Shown piece by piece: positions 55,892 through 64,000 of a stretch of DNA of 64,000 bases (its first letter is position 1; each line of letters begins with the position of its first letter). The position numbers and the translations under genes are program-made. Source of the DNA: a virus. Taxonomy: Duplodnaviria; Caudoviricetes. The DNA lies in the IMG/VR virus record IMGVR_UViG_2974703250_000001, positions 1 through 64,000 of that record; one strand, written 5' to 3'. The notes beneath the pieces were generated by a model that was not told the DNA's origin, did not search any database, and saw nothing but the letters and a program-made list of their open reading frames with translations.

Positions 55892-57169
55892 GTGAGCTTT
55901 GATACGCCGGAGAACGTTAACTACGCGGCGACAATCGTCAAGCTGCCGCAGGGCCTTCTCCTAGAAGGTCTCGACAACCTGGTGGGCGTGCCCATGTTCG
56001 GCTACCAGGCGCTCACCCAAAAAGAAGGCTACGAGCTGGGCGCTCTGCGGGTGCTGTTCATGGCCGAAACGCAGCTCGACGCGGACTACGCGCGGGAGAA
56101 CAACCTGTTCCGCGAGGCCACGTTGAACCGGGACGCCAGCGAGACCGGCTACCTAGAGCCGAACGCCCGTGTGAAGGCGATCCGGCTGCGCAAGCACCAG
56201 TCAGACGCACTGCTGATGCCGTTGTCGTCGCTGGCCTACACCGGCTACGACGTGTCCACGCTCAAGCCGGGCGACACGTTCGACAAGCTGAACGGCCACA
56301 CGATCTGCCGCAAGTACATCCCGAAGGGTAAGAAGCAGGCCACGCAGGGCCAGCCCAAGGTGCGTAAGCAGGTCGACGAGCGTCTGTTCCCGAAGCATCT
56401 GGACACGGAGCACTTCTTCCGGAACCTGCACTACTTCCGTACGGAGCGGCGCGTTGTGGTGACGCAGAAGCTCCACGGCACGAGCTGGCGGGGCGGCAAT
56501 ATCCCAGTTAACCGGACTAAGGGCTGGTTTGAGCGGTTCATTAACTGGCTGGGCTGGTTCACCCATGACACCGAGTACAAGCACGTCTACGGCTCTCGGA
56601 ACGTCGTTAAGGGCCGCTCGGAGAATAACCACTACTACGCGTCTGATCTGTGGGCCGAGTACGGAAAGAAGCTTGAGGGGAAGATTCCCGAGAACTTCAT
56701 CATTTACGGCGAGCTGATCGGATGGGTTGATAACGACACCCCGATTCAGAAGGGCTACACGTACAACCTGCCTCCGGGCCAGTGTGAGCTTTACGTGTAC
56801 CGGGTGGCGACGGTTAACAACCAGGGTGTGATTGCGGACCTGTCGTGGGAGGGCGTTAAGGACTTCTGCGCGAGCTTGGACCTTAAGACGGTGCCGGAGT
56901 TTTACCTGGGCGTCGATCATTACCCGTTCGCGGACAATGACGATGCCGTTGTCAAGATTGCCTCTGAGGCGTACCTGGACAAGCGGTATGCCGACGAGGG
57001 GTTCCCGAACGCGGTTCCGCTGAGTGACCGCAAGACGGTTGACGAGGGTGTCTGCGTCCGTGTTGAGGGCCAGATTCCGCACGTCTTTAAGGCGAAGTCT
57101 CCGAAGTTCCTTGAGCACGAGACTAAGCAGTTTGATAAGGGAGAGGTTGACCTTGAAGCGGTGGCATAA
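55892..57169 (+). CDS. ATP-dependent RNA ligase (Rnl2/DRB0094-like)
   Basis: Motif I TQKLHG, YGELIG, DEGVCVR, KAKS; N-terminal OB-like module. Confidence 0.85.
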   Translation: MSFDTPENVNYAATIVKLPQGLLLEGLDNLVGVPMFGYQALTQKEGYELGALRVLFMAETQLDADYARENNLFREATLNRDASETGYLEPNARVKAIRLRKHQSDALLMPLSSLAYTGYDVSTLKPGDTFDKLNGHTICRKYIPKGKKQATQGQPKVRKQVDERLFPKHLDTEHFFRNLHYFRTERRVVVTQKLHGTSWRGGNIPVNRTKGWFERFINWLGWFTHDTEYKHVYGSRNVVKGRSENNHYYASDLWAEYGKKLEGKIPENFIIYGELIGWVDNDTPIQKGYTYNLPPGQCELYVYRVATVNNQGVIADLSWEGVKDFCASLDLKTVPEFYLGVDHYPFADNDDAVVKIASEAYLDKRYADEGFPNAVPLSDRKTVDEGVCVRVEGQIPHVFKAKSPKFLEHETKQFDKGEVDLEAVA

Positions 57170-57365
57170 AGCCGCAGCGGTGGTGGCAGCCGGGGCAGTG
57201 ATCCTGTCCGGCTGCGCCTCCAATATCCAAGATAAGCAGACGTACGGCGGTGACACCGAGTCTGGTGCCCAGTATTGGGACGGCTACCTAAAGACGCGCA
57301 AGGGTGAGGTTTTCTGCGTGTTCTATGACCGTGGCCTGAGTTGCGATTGGAGCAGCACTAAGTGA
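57153..57365 (+). CDS. Small lipoprotein
   Basis: TTG start after GGAGAGG; lipobox LSGC. Confidence 0.55.
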   Translation: MKRWHKAAAVVAAGAVILSGCASNIQDKQTYGGDTESGAQYWDGYLKTRKGEVFCVFYDRGLSCDWSSTK

Positions 57366-58051
57366 GCGTTAGCACAGACGAGAATCTGTCGGTCAGCAAG
57401 ATTGACCCGTGGAAAGCTCAGTTCAAGGCAGAGAAGCTGCGTCAGGTTAAGGCTGAGCGCGAGCTTGCAGAGCTGCGTACCGCGCAGGCATTGCGCGAGG
57501 AACGTCATTTCAACGCGACCGACGACATGATGCGTCAGCACTATTTCATCGGCGGCGTGGATAGCGTCAACGTGAACTCTGCTGCGCAGCACTTGGCGTT
57601 CTGGCACCGGGTGGACCCGACGTGCGACATGAACATTGAGATTCACTCCGGCGGCGGTTCCGCTCTGGCGGGAATCAACCTGTTCGACACGCTTACGCGT
57701 TACTCGCTGCGTGGCGGCGGGCAGCACAAGCTCACTATCACCGTGCGTGGCTTGGCCGCGTCTATGGCGACGGTGCTTGTGCAGGCGGCAGACGAGCGGG
57801 TTATTGGCCCTGAGTCGTTCTTCATGGTTCACGAATTGTCCGGCCAGACGGCGGGCAAGATCGGCGAAATGGAAGACACGATGAAGTTCTACGCGAAGCT
57901 GAACACTCGCATTGGCGAGATTTACGCGGAGCGGTCGGGCGGTAAGTGCTCCGTTGAGCAGTTTAGGGCGCTGTGGTCGCGTCAGGACGTTTGGCTGAAT
58001 GCCCGCGAGGCATTCGAGCTTGGATTTGTGGATCGGATTGAGGGGGACTAA
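57362..58051 (+). CDS. ClpP-like protease
   Basis: HSGGGS, GLAASMA (Ser), FMVHE (His), QDVWLNAREA (Asp); N-terminal coiled-coil extension. Confidence 0.85.
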   Translation: MSVSTDENLSVSKIDPWKAQFKAEKLRQVKAERELAELRTAQALREERHFNATDDMMRQHYFIGGVDSVNVNSAAQHLAFWHRVDPTCDMNIEIHSGGGSALAGINLFDTLTRYSLRGGGQHKLTITVRGLAASMATVLVQAADERVIGPESFFMVHELSGQTAGKIGEMEDTMKFYAKLNTRIGEIYAERSGGKCSVEQFRALWSRQDVWLNAREAFELGFVDRIEGD

Positions 58052-58575
58052 TGACTGTTAACAACTTTTTCGTGGATACCGCTAAGGCTCCCACCTTGAG
58101 CGAGCCACGCGCCTATACGCGGCCCGTCAACCTCGACTCAGACCGGGTTATCCCGGCTGAGCCGGCTGGGGTCAATCGGGTTAAGGCGGTTAAGGCGCTG
58201 CGGGAGGAATTTCCCGGCATGGGCCTGAAAGAGGCTGTGGACATCGTTGATGGCAAGGCAGCGCGTCCGGCGAAGCCGGAGAACCTGGTCGAGCTGACCG
58301 ACGAAGAGGCCGAGGCGGCGGCTCGGGCGATCCGTGAGAACACGGGCCGGGTGTTCGGCTTGCAGGTCAATGCTGTCGTCGCGGCGATCAACAAGGTTCG
58401 TGCGAGCGATCCGGTCGGGACGTTGCGTAAGTCGGTGGCCGGGCAGTACGCGTTCGCGGTGGCGGCGGGTCAGTACCTCGTGATCGAGACGGGTGACCGT
58501 CCCCGGTTCCGGGCTGCGACCGAGCAGGAGGCCCGCGACATTAAGCGCGCGTGGTCGCTGGTCACTAACGCCTAG
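58051..58575 (+). CDS. Protein with a ribosomal L7/L12 C-terminal (ClpS-like fold) motif
   Basis: NRVKAVKALREEFPGMGLKEAVDIVD. Confidence 0.6.
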   Translation: MTVNNFFVDTAKAPTLSEPRAYTRPVNLDSDRVIPAEPAGVNRVKAVKALREEFPGMGLKEAVDIVDGKAARPAKPENLVELTDEEAEAAARAIRENTGRVFGLQVNAVVAAINKVRASDPVGTLRKSVAGQYAFAVAAGQYLVIETGDRPRFRAATEQEARDIKRAWSLVTNA

Positions 58576-58678
58576 TGGCTGATCGTTTTGCGTGGTGGTT
58601 CGTGGGCGCGGTCAGTGGGGCCGCGCTCACGTTCTACCTGTTTGGACGCGGATGGATTGCTGTAGCTGAGGGGGATGA

Positions 58679-58984
58679 GTGACGTACACGCTTCTAGCTG
58701 GGGCTAAGGACTTGGCCCTGATCATGCACGACAACGGCTCAGTGTTCCGTTACAACCTTGGTCGGCGGGACGGGATTGTCTTCTACCAGGACGCGGACCA
58801 TGCGGCGGCGCTGAATCCGGGCGAGAACCTGTCATGGACGTACTACGGCAAGACGTTCGAGGGTATGCCCGCGCTGCGGGCCTGGTGGGACTATGTTCGC
58901 CTGCCGGGCGATCTTGGCGAGACTGACTTCGCTAAGCGTCGGGTGGACAAGGCCCTGGCCGACCTGCTGACTAATGCCGCCTAA
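58679..58984 (+). CDS. Hypothetical protein
   Basis: Tight packing, RBS GAGGGG. Confidence 0.5.
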   Translation: MTYTLLAGAKDLALIMHDNGSVFRYNLGRRDGIVFYQDADHAAALNPGENLSWTYYGKTFEGMPALRAWWDYVRLPGDLGETDFAKRRVDKALADLLTNAA

Positions 58985-59327
58985 GTGGCCCTGGCCTGGC
59001 GACACTAAGGACGACCGATACCGCCGGATTATTGACCATTACCGGACAGCGCTGGCGGATATCGACCTTGAGGCGTGCTTAGTGGTCGATAAGAAGATGG
59101 CCGAGTATGGGCAGCCGTGGGTGTCGGATAACTCGATTATCGACGTAAACGAAATGCTGAGCGCTAAGCAATTGGCTGAGAGGTTCGGCCTTTCGGAGTG
59201 GAATGTGCGCGATTGGGCGCGGCGTCACCCGGAGCGGATTCGCAAGCATAAGGCTGCTAACGGTCGGACACTATTCCGCGTTGGGGACGTGCTCACGTAC
59301 CACGCGACTAAGGGGAGTAATGGCTAA
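58974..59327 (+). CDS. HTH DNA-binding protein
   Basis: SAKQLAERFGLSEWNVRDWARR..GRTLFRVGDV. Confidence 0.65.
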   Translation: MPPKWPWPGDTKDDRYRRIIDHYRTALADIDLEACLVVDKKMAEYGQPWVSDNSIIDVNEMLSAKQLAERFGLSEWNVRDWARRHPERIRKHKAANGRTLFRVGDVLTYHATKGSNG

Positions 59328-59481
59328 CCTAGAGCTTAAGGGGCAGAGCAAAGAGTTCCTGGCGAACACGAAGGCGATCAGTGGGCTCCGGGATGATGTA
59401 GAGAGCCAGAAGGTTTTTGCGCTGATCGAAATTAGCCGGTCGTTGGATCGCATCGCCACCTTTCTAGAGAAGCCGCTCTAA
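59320..59481 (+). CDS. Hypothetical protein
   Basis: GGGGAG RBS before ATG59320. Confidence 0.45.
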   Translation: MANLELKGQSKEFLANTKAISGLRDDVESQKVFALIEISRSLDRIATFLEKPL

Positions 59482-59530
59482 AGGGAACTCGTGAGCGTGC
59501 TTTAATAAATGAGGGGAGAATTTTACCCAA

Positions 59531-59938
59531 ATGTGGATTGATAGCCCGATTGTGCCTGGTATTCAGGTGTCCGATCAGGGCAAAGTTAGGGGTCCACGAA
59601 AGGAACTCTCCCAGTGGACTGACGACCGGGGCTGTAGGCGCGTCAAAGCGAACGGGAGGCCCTGGGCGGTACATATCCTCGTCTTGACTGCGTTCGTCGG
59701 CCCTAGGCCCGATGGGGCGGTGCCAAAGTGGCTTAATGGCGATCCAACGGATAACCGGCTGGTCAATCTCAAGTGGCAGTTGCCGGATGACCCTGAGGTT
59801 CAGACTCGGGTCAATCGTTGCCGTAACGGTCACGTGTATTCACGAGAGAACACAAAGGTATGGGGGTCGGGTCACCGGATTTGTTTGGACTGCGAGAAAG
59901 GTAGTCCTCCGGTGTATCGGCTGCCAGAAGTGATTTAG
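59531..59938 (+). mobile_element. NUMOD4-HNH homing endonuclease-like gene
   Basis: QVSDQGKVR NUMOD4; VHILVLTAFVGPRP..NGDPTDNRLVNLKW; CRNGH..CLDC. Confidence 0.8.
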
Positions 59939-60038
59939 CGCGCCCGCTTGTAAGCGGTTCTGGCTGCGCTAGGCGGATGCCGCGTAAGTCCCGTGGGGGA
60001 AACCTTAGGGGCGGCGGCGTCCGTTTTCTCGTAGGGGG

Positions 60039-60284
60039 GTGACTGTGAAGCCGTCAGACTTTGCATGGTTAGCGCTCGCTATCGGCATTATCTCGTATGA
60101 GGTTGCGGCTCCACCTGGTGAGCTTATGAGTGAGGGCTGGGACCGCTATTTGCAGAGATTTCCGGTTACGGCGCGGGTGTTCCCGCTGCTGCTGACTCTG
60201 CATGTAATTAACGCGTTGCCTGACCGCTATGACCCGGTTCATCGCCTGGCTGTGTGGTTGGGAACGCTTGGGGGAAAGAATTGA
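60039..60284 (+). CDS. Membrane protein
   Basis: Two hydrophobic segments; DRYDP motif. Confidence 0.55.
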   Translation: MTVKPSDFAWLALAIGIISYEVAAPPGELMSEGWDRYLQRFPVTARVFPLLLTLHVINALPDRYDPVHRLAVWLGTLGGKN

Positions 60285-60649
60285 CCGATCCAAAGGAAGT
60301 GCTTGAGCATCTAGCAGCCGAGAAGGCCGCTAAGGCGGTTAAGCGTGACGCTATCAACCCGCAGCATTACAAAGACGGCTGGTCAGACGGCGCAGAGCTG
60401 ATCAGCATTACAGAGAACTTGACTAGCTCAGGCGGGCAGGCTGTGCAGTACATTGCACGGTCGACGCGGCTGGATTCCAGTAAGAACAAGGGCAAGAACA
60501 CACTTGAGTGGATTCAAGACCTAGAGAAGGCTAAGTGGTTCCTTGACCGGGAGATTAAGCGTCTCCGGGGCAAGACCGCGATGCCGGTTAAGCCGTACTT
60601 GGTCAATGAGTTCGTGTACCCGATGAACGTTTACGGCGGCTTTCGTTGA
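60281..60649 (+). CDS. DUF3310/SaV-like protein
   Basis: DAINPQHY..YIAR..QDLEKAKWFLDREI. Confidence 0.75.
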   Translation: MTDPKEVLEHLAAEKAAKAVKRDAINPQHYKDGWSDGAELISITENLTSSGGQAVQYIARSTRLDSSKNKGKNTLEWIQDLEKAKWFLDREIKRLRGKTAMPVKPYLVNEFVYPMNVYGGFR

Positions 60650-61428
60650 GCGCCCGCGTCCTGATCCTCGACATTGAGACGCAGCGCGCCATTGTCGAGA
60701 CATTCGGACTGTTTAAGCAGTTCGTCGGCATTGATCAGGTGCAGGTACCTACACGGGTGCTGTGTTTCGCGGCCAAGTGGCGCAATGAAGACAAGGTGAT
60801 CTTCAAAGCTGCCTGGGCCGACAACGACGAGGACGCTTACCTGCGCATGATGCAGGCTGCGTGGGAGTTGCTTAACGAAGCCGATATCGTGGTCACTTGG
60901 AACGGTGACCGCTTCGACCTGCAATGGTTCGAGTCCGAGTTTCTACGCGTGGGCCTGAGTCGCCCCTTGCCATACAAGTCTGTTGACCTGATTAAGACGG
61001 TCCGGCGGTGGTTCAGGGGCGGGCTGATGAGCATGAAGCTCGATTGGTCGTCTCGCATGATCCTTAAGGACCGCAAGGTTCACCACGGCGGCACTGACCT
61101 TTGGTGGGATATCCGGCACGGTACGCGTGCTGAGCAGCGCGCGGCGCAGAAGCTCATGCGTGAGTACAACGAGCACGACGTTGTTTTGACGGGTCGGCTA
61201 TTTGAGAAGCATCTGCCGCATATCAACGTGAACTTGGCTTTGTACGAGGAAACGGTGGATGACGGCGAAATGCACTGCACTAAGTGCAACTCTACGGAAC
61301 TTAAGAAAGACGGCGTGAAGGCTTACGTCACTGCTGCGGGTGTCTATCAGATGTACCGCTGCAAGGACTGTGGGGCGACTTCGCGCGGTAAGCGTATTAG
61401 CGGAACTACTGAATTGAGGCCAGTGTGA
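60646..61428 (+). CDS. DnaQ/RNase H-like 3'-5' exonuclease with C-terminal zinc ribbon
   Basis: LDIET, WNGDRFD, YNEHDV, CTKC..CKDC. Confidence 0.85.
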   Translation: MSARVLILDIETQRAIVETFGLFKQFVGIDQVQVPTRVLCFAAKWRNEDKVIFKAAWADNDEDAYLRMMQAAWELLNEADIVVTWNGDRFDLQWFESEFLRVGLSRPLPYKSVDLIKTVRRWFRGGLMSMKLDWSSRMILKDRKVHHGGTDLWWDIRHGTRAEQRAAQKLMREYNEHDVVLTGRLFEKHLPHINVNLALYEETVDDGEMHCTKCNSTELKKDGVKAYVTAAGVYQMYRCKDCGATSRGKRISGTTELRPV

Positions 61429-61680
61429 GTTACCTTGCCGGGTTTTTGGCCCTGGGCTTGGTGTTGTGGTTGTCCTGGTTTGTTGTTGACCTTACCCAGA
61501 GGGGGTTGTGGTGAAGCCGGTTGCGCAGCCTAACTTGCTGCATCAGATGATCTTGGGTTCCTTGGTGGATAACAAGCAGGTGTTTGTTCCTGTCAAGGAT
61601 GGTCAGGGTTATTGGCGTGGCACGTTGGCTAACAACGTTTCGGCACAGAATGTGGACCTCGCGGCTCGTCGCTGGATCAA

Positions 61681-61965
61681 GTGATGTCCGGCCCGAAGTT
61701 TGGTGTCCTGGCTGGGACGCGGGAGCGCGCTAAGGCGATCTTCCGTCAGCTCGGCTGGGAGCAAGGCCACGACCGGACGTTCGCGCTGAGCAAGTGGGGC
61801 GAGGACGCGCGTGGCGTCCAGCTCGACGTGCTCCTGGTCGACGAGACGGCGTTGCCGATTGATCGGACCACCTGGGAGAGCTACAAGCCATGCCTGGCGA
61901 CACGTAATGGTGTCGCGTACGCGTTGCAGTCGCTCGGGCCTGAGCACATTAGGCCGTCCTGGTGA
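61681..61965 (+). CDS. Hypothetical protein
   Basis: ARGVQLDVLLVDE resembles a degenerate Walker B. Confidence 0.5.
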   Translation: MMSGPKFGVLAGTRERAKAIFRQLGWEQGHDRTFALSKWGEDARGVQLDVLLVDETALPIDRTTWESYKPCLATRNGVAYALQSLGPEHIRPSW

Positions 61966-62159
61966 GTAAGAGGGCAGCCACGGCGCGGCAGGAATTGCGC
62001 CGGTCGAACGCGGCGGTGCCACATCGCAACCGATACCGAGAGCGTAAGTCCGGTCAGGACGACGTTCGCATTCACATGATGGCCGGTTGGGGTGCTCCAA
62101 GGGAAGGGGGTTCTTATCCCTGGGAACCTTCGGAAGAAGGGCGGGACTGGGAAGACTGA
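61962..62159 (+). CDS. Small basic hypothetical protein
   Basis: ELRRSNAAVPHRNRYR motif recurrent in actinophages. Confidence 0.5.
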   Translation: MSKRAATARQELRRSNAAVPHRNRYRERKSGQDDVRIHMMAGWGAPREGGSYPWEPSEEGRDWED

Positions 62160-62535
62160 GCGGGACTACCTAAGGGCACGTAAGCGTGTTCTCAGGCAGT
62201 CGCAGATTTGCGCTCACCCGCATTGCCGAAAGGCAATCGACCTGAACCTTAAGCCGATCTGTCAGTTTGTCGACACGGCGAAGTACACGGTAGAGACGGC
62301 GCACCTGATCCCGCTTGTCTGTGGCCCTGACTGCCGCGAGTTGAAACATGCGCGCAAGGCTAACCCTTGGTCAGCTTCGGCTAACCATAAAATCCCGGTC
62401 TCGCAGTTGATGCCGGATTCAAACATGCTCGCCAGCGTTAAAAACTTGGAGCCTATGCACCTTAAGTGCAACCAGTCTCTTGGGGATGGCGACCTTAAGC
62501 CTCGAAATAAGACTTCGAGAGATTGGTTCGCATAG
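62092..62535 (+). CDS. HNH endonuclease
   Basis: CAHPHC..NHKIPVS..NLEPMHLKCNQS. Confidence 0.75.
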   Translation: MLQGKGVLIPGNLRKKGGTGKTERDYLRARKRVLRQSQICAHPHCRKAIDLNLKPICQFVDTAKYTVETAHLIPLVCGPDCRELKHARKANPWSASANHKIPVSQLMPDSNMLASVKNLEPMHLKCNQSLGDGDLKPRNKTSRDWFA

Positions 62536-62756
62536 TGTCGGAATACGATCCTGATGACGACCAGGGTAAGAACATTCTGGTTCGTGAGCTTCGCGTCATT
62601 CAGTACATCGACGAGGATGGTTCGCTTAATACGGTGGACTTCTCGCAGGGTGCTAATGGCGCTGAGCTTGACGATGATGGTTACGCGGTGCTGACGGATT
62701 GGGCACAGGCGTTTTCGTTGTCGTCTAAGGTCGCGGCGATTCTTTCTGATGAGTGA
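62535..62756 (+). CDS. Acidic hypothetical protein
   Basis: GTG overlapping the previous TAG. Confidence 0.5.
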   Translation: MSEYDPDDDQGKNILVRELRVIQYIDEDGSLNTVDFSQGANGAELDDDGYAVLTDWAQAFSLSSKVAAILSDE

Positions 62757-62851
62757 GGTTTATCGCTCGGACGTTGAGTGTCGTTGCATGGATTGTGACG
62801 ACATGATTCGGCTTGGTGACGAGGTTGTCGAGTATGCGGGGGAGATGTTTC

Positions 62852-63103
62852 ATGCCGAGTGCGTCTAAGCACTTCTTTTACCATGCCTGCTTGTCTGACA
62901 TTACGCACACCGCGATTAAGCGTTCGCTTGATGCGGTGCAAGCGGTGGCTGACGATAACGGGGTCGATATCTCGAATGAGAATCTTGAGCTGTGGGTTAA
63001 GCCTGACTGGTACCTGGTGGGTGTAGCTATCGGCTATGACGACGCTGACGAGCGTTCCCATCGTGCTCAGATGGAAGCTGATGGGTGGACGCGCCGTGTC
63101 TAA
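62852..63103 (+). CDS. Hypothetical protein
   Basis: GGGGAG RBS; start uncertain. Confidence 0.45.
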   Translation: MPSASKHFFYHACLSDITHTAIKRSLDAVQAVADDNGVDISNENLELWVKPDWYLVGVAIGYDDADERSHRAQMEADGWTRRV

Positions 63104-63350
63104 CCCGTGGGGTCCATTGCCGACCGTCCAAGAGGCTGAGCGCGCGGTGCAGTTCACCGGCTGGGCCTACGAGGGCGGCTATGACACTGCGTTGGAGATT
63201 TACCGCGAGAAGTATGGGGATGAACCGAACTTCGCGGTGGACTCGCCGGACGGCGGCTTGCTGAATGCGTTGGCGTTCCTTAAGCGCGCTCTGGCGCTGC
63301 TGCCGAACACACGTGAGGGGCAGGCAACCGTTGACGTGCTTGGCTACTGA
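63096..63350 (+). CDS. Hypothetical protein
   Basis: GTG63096; tight packing. Confidence 0.5.
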   Translation: MSNPWGPLPTVQEAERAVQFTGWAYEGGYDTALEIYREKYGDEPNFAVDSPDGGLLNALAFLKRALALLPNTREGQATVDVLGY

Positions 63351-63619
63351 CTGTGACTGTCACGAGCGGCTGAGGCCGGGTCGGCACTGTTCCTGGTGCG
63401 ATCCGGAGGACGTGTTCGATGACGGCTGCCGCGAGGCGGATTGCAGTGTGTGTGAGTGCTGTGAGGGGGAGTGATGGCGTGGGATGAAGCTAAGGCCGCG
63501 CAGTACGAGCAGGCGTTGCATGACTTCGCTGATCAGAACGGGTACCTGCCGGTGCTGACGGCAATCAATGCGATTAACGCGTTCGGTGCGCAGTGGATCG
63601 CTGACCATGTAAACGACTA

Positions 63620-63802
63620 ATGAAGTACCTAGCCGAGTGTTGTGTTCCGGAGCACGGGCTATGTGATCCGTGTTGTGTGTGTGGTGAGCCTGAGGGTTTG
63701 AATGACCGTGAGGATTGGGTTGTGACTAACCCGTTGCCGTCTCGGATTAAGAAGCCTAAGAGGGTGATCAATAACCCTTGGCCGCAGGAGAAACGCGGCT
63801 GA
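63620..63802 (+). CDS. Small Cys-rich protein
   Basis: ECC..H..CDPCCVC. Confidence 0.45.
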   Translation: MKYLAECCVPEHGLCDPCCVCGEPEGLNDREDWVVTNPLPSRIKKPKRVINNPWPQEKRG

Positions 63803-63803
63803 T

Positions 63804-63876
63804 GCCACCTTAGCTCAGTTGGTAGAGCAGCCCCTTCGTAACGGGCAGGTCAGCGGTTCGACTCCGCTAGGTGGCT
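63804..63876 (+). tRNA. tRNA-Thr(CGT)
   Basis: Full cloverleaf GCCACCT/AGGTGGC, D arm GCTC/GAGC, loop TT-CGT-AA, T arm AGCGG-TTCGACT-CCGCT; CCA not encoded. Confidence 0.93.
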
Positions 63877-64000
63877 CGTGAGTGATAGATACCAGGCGAC
63901 GGTTGGTCGCATAGTGCATTACCAGTCGTACGGCACGCCTAACGGCGAGTATTTACCCGAACCGCGCGCAGCCATTGTGACGACGGTGGGGCACGATGGA

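Noticed and set aside
59531-59938. Group I intron around the NUMOD4-HNH gene
   Set aside because: The flanking genes are not halves of one gene and no intron core is recognisable; the gene is free-standing

Overview
This window holds about 64 kb of a temperate siphovirus of mycobacteria. Gene order and content resemble cluster L mycobacteriophages; that assignment is inferred and not database-checked. Left arm (0.1-28 kb, + strand): terminase, portal, MuF-like protein, scaffold, capsid, head-tail joining, tail, tape measure, minor tails, LysA/LysB/holin and NrdH. Centre (28-34 kb): a leftward cassette (RlaP-like nucleotidyltransferase, Lsr2), attP with a tRNA-Lys(TTT)-like core, tyrosine integrase and a repressor/Cro/Xis switch. 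The right arm is rich in replication, recombination and likely counter-defence genes: Ro60/TROVE, a PRS-like plus NAMPT-like pair (NARP1-type NAD+ reconstitution), T4-like Pnkp, RNA ligase, ClpP, three WhiB-like genes and tRNA-Thr. The most striking signals are non-coding and absent from the ORF track. (1) Three tandem Y-RNA-like units follow the Ro gene: a circularly permuted, nearly complete tRNA-Ile-like YrlA, a minimal unit carrying a perfect tRNA-Ser(GCT) anticodon stem-loop, and a second minimal unit. (2) A 110-nt CCA-ended tRNA-like RNA with no anticodon arm lies at 34962-35071. Together with the dispersed RNA-repair genes, these suggest a tRNA decoy-and-repair system, which is inference. 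No CRISPR array was seen. All family calls come from motif recognition by eye.
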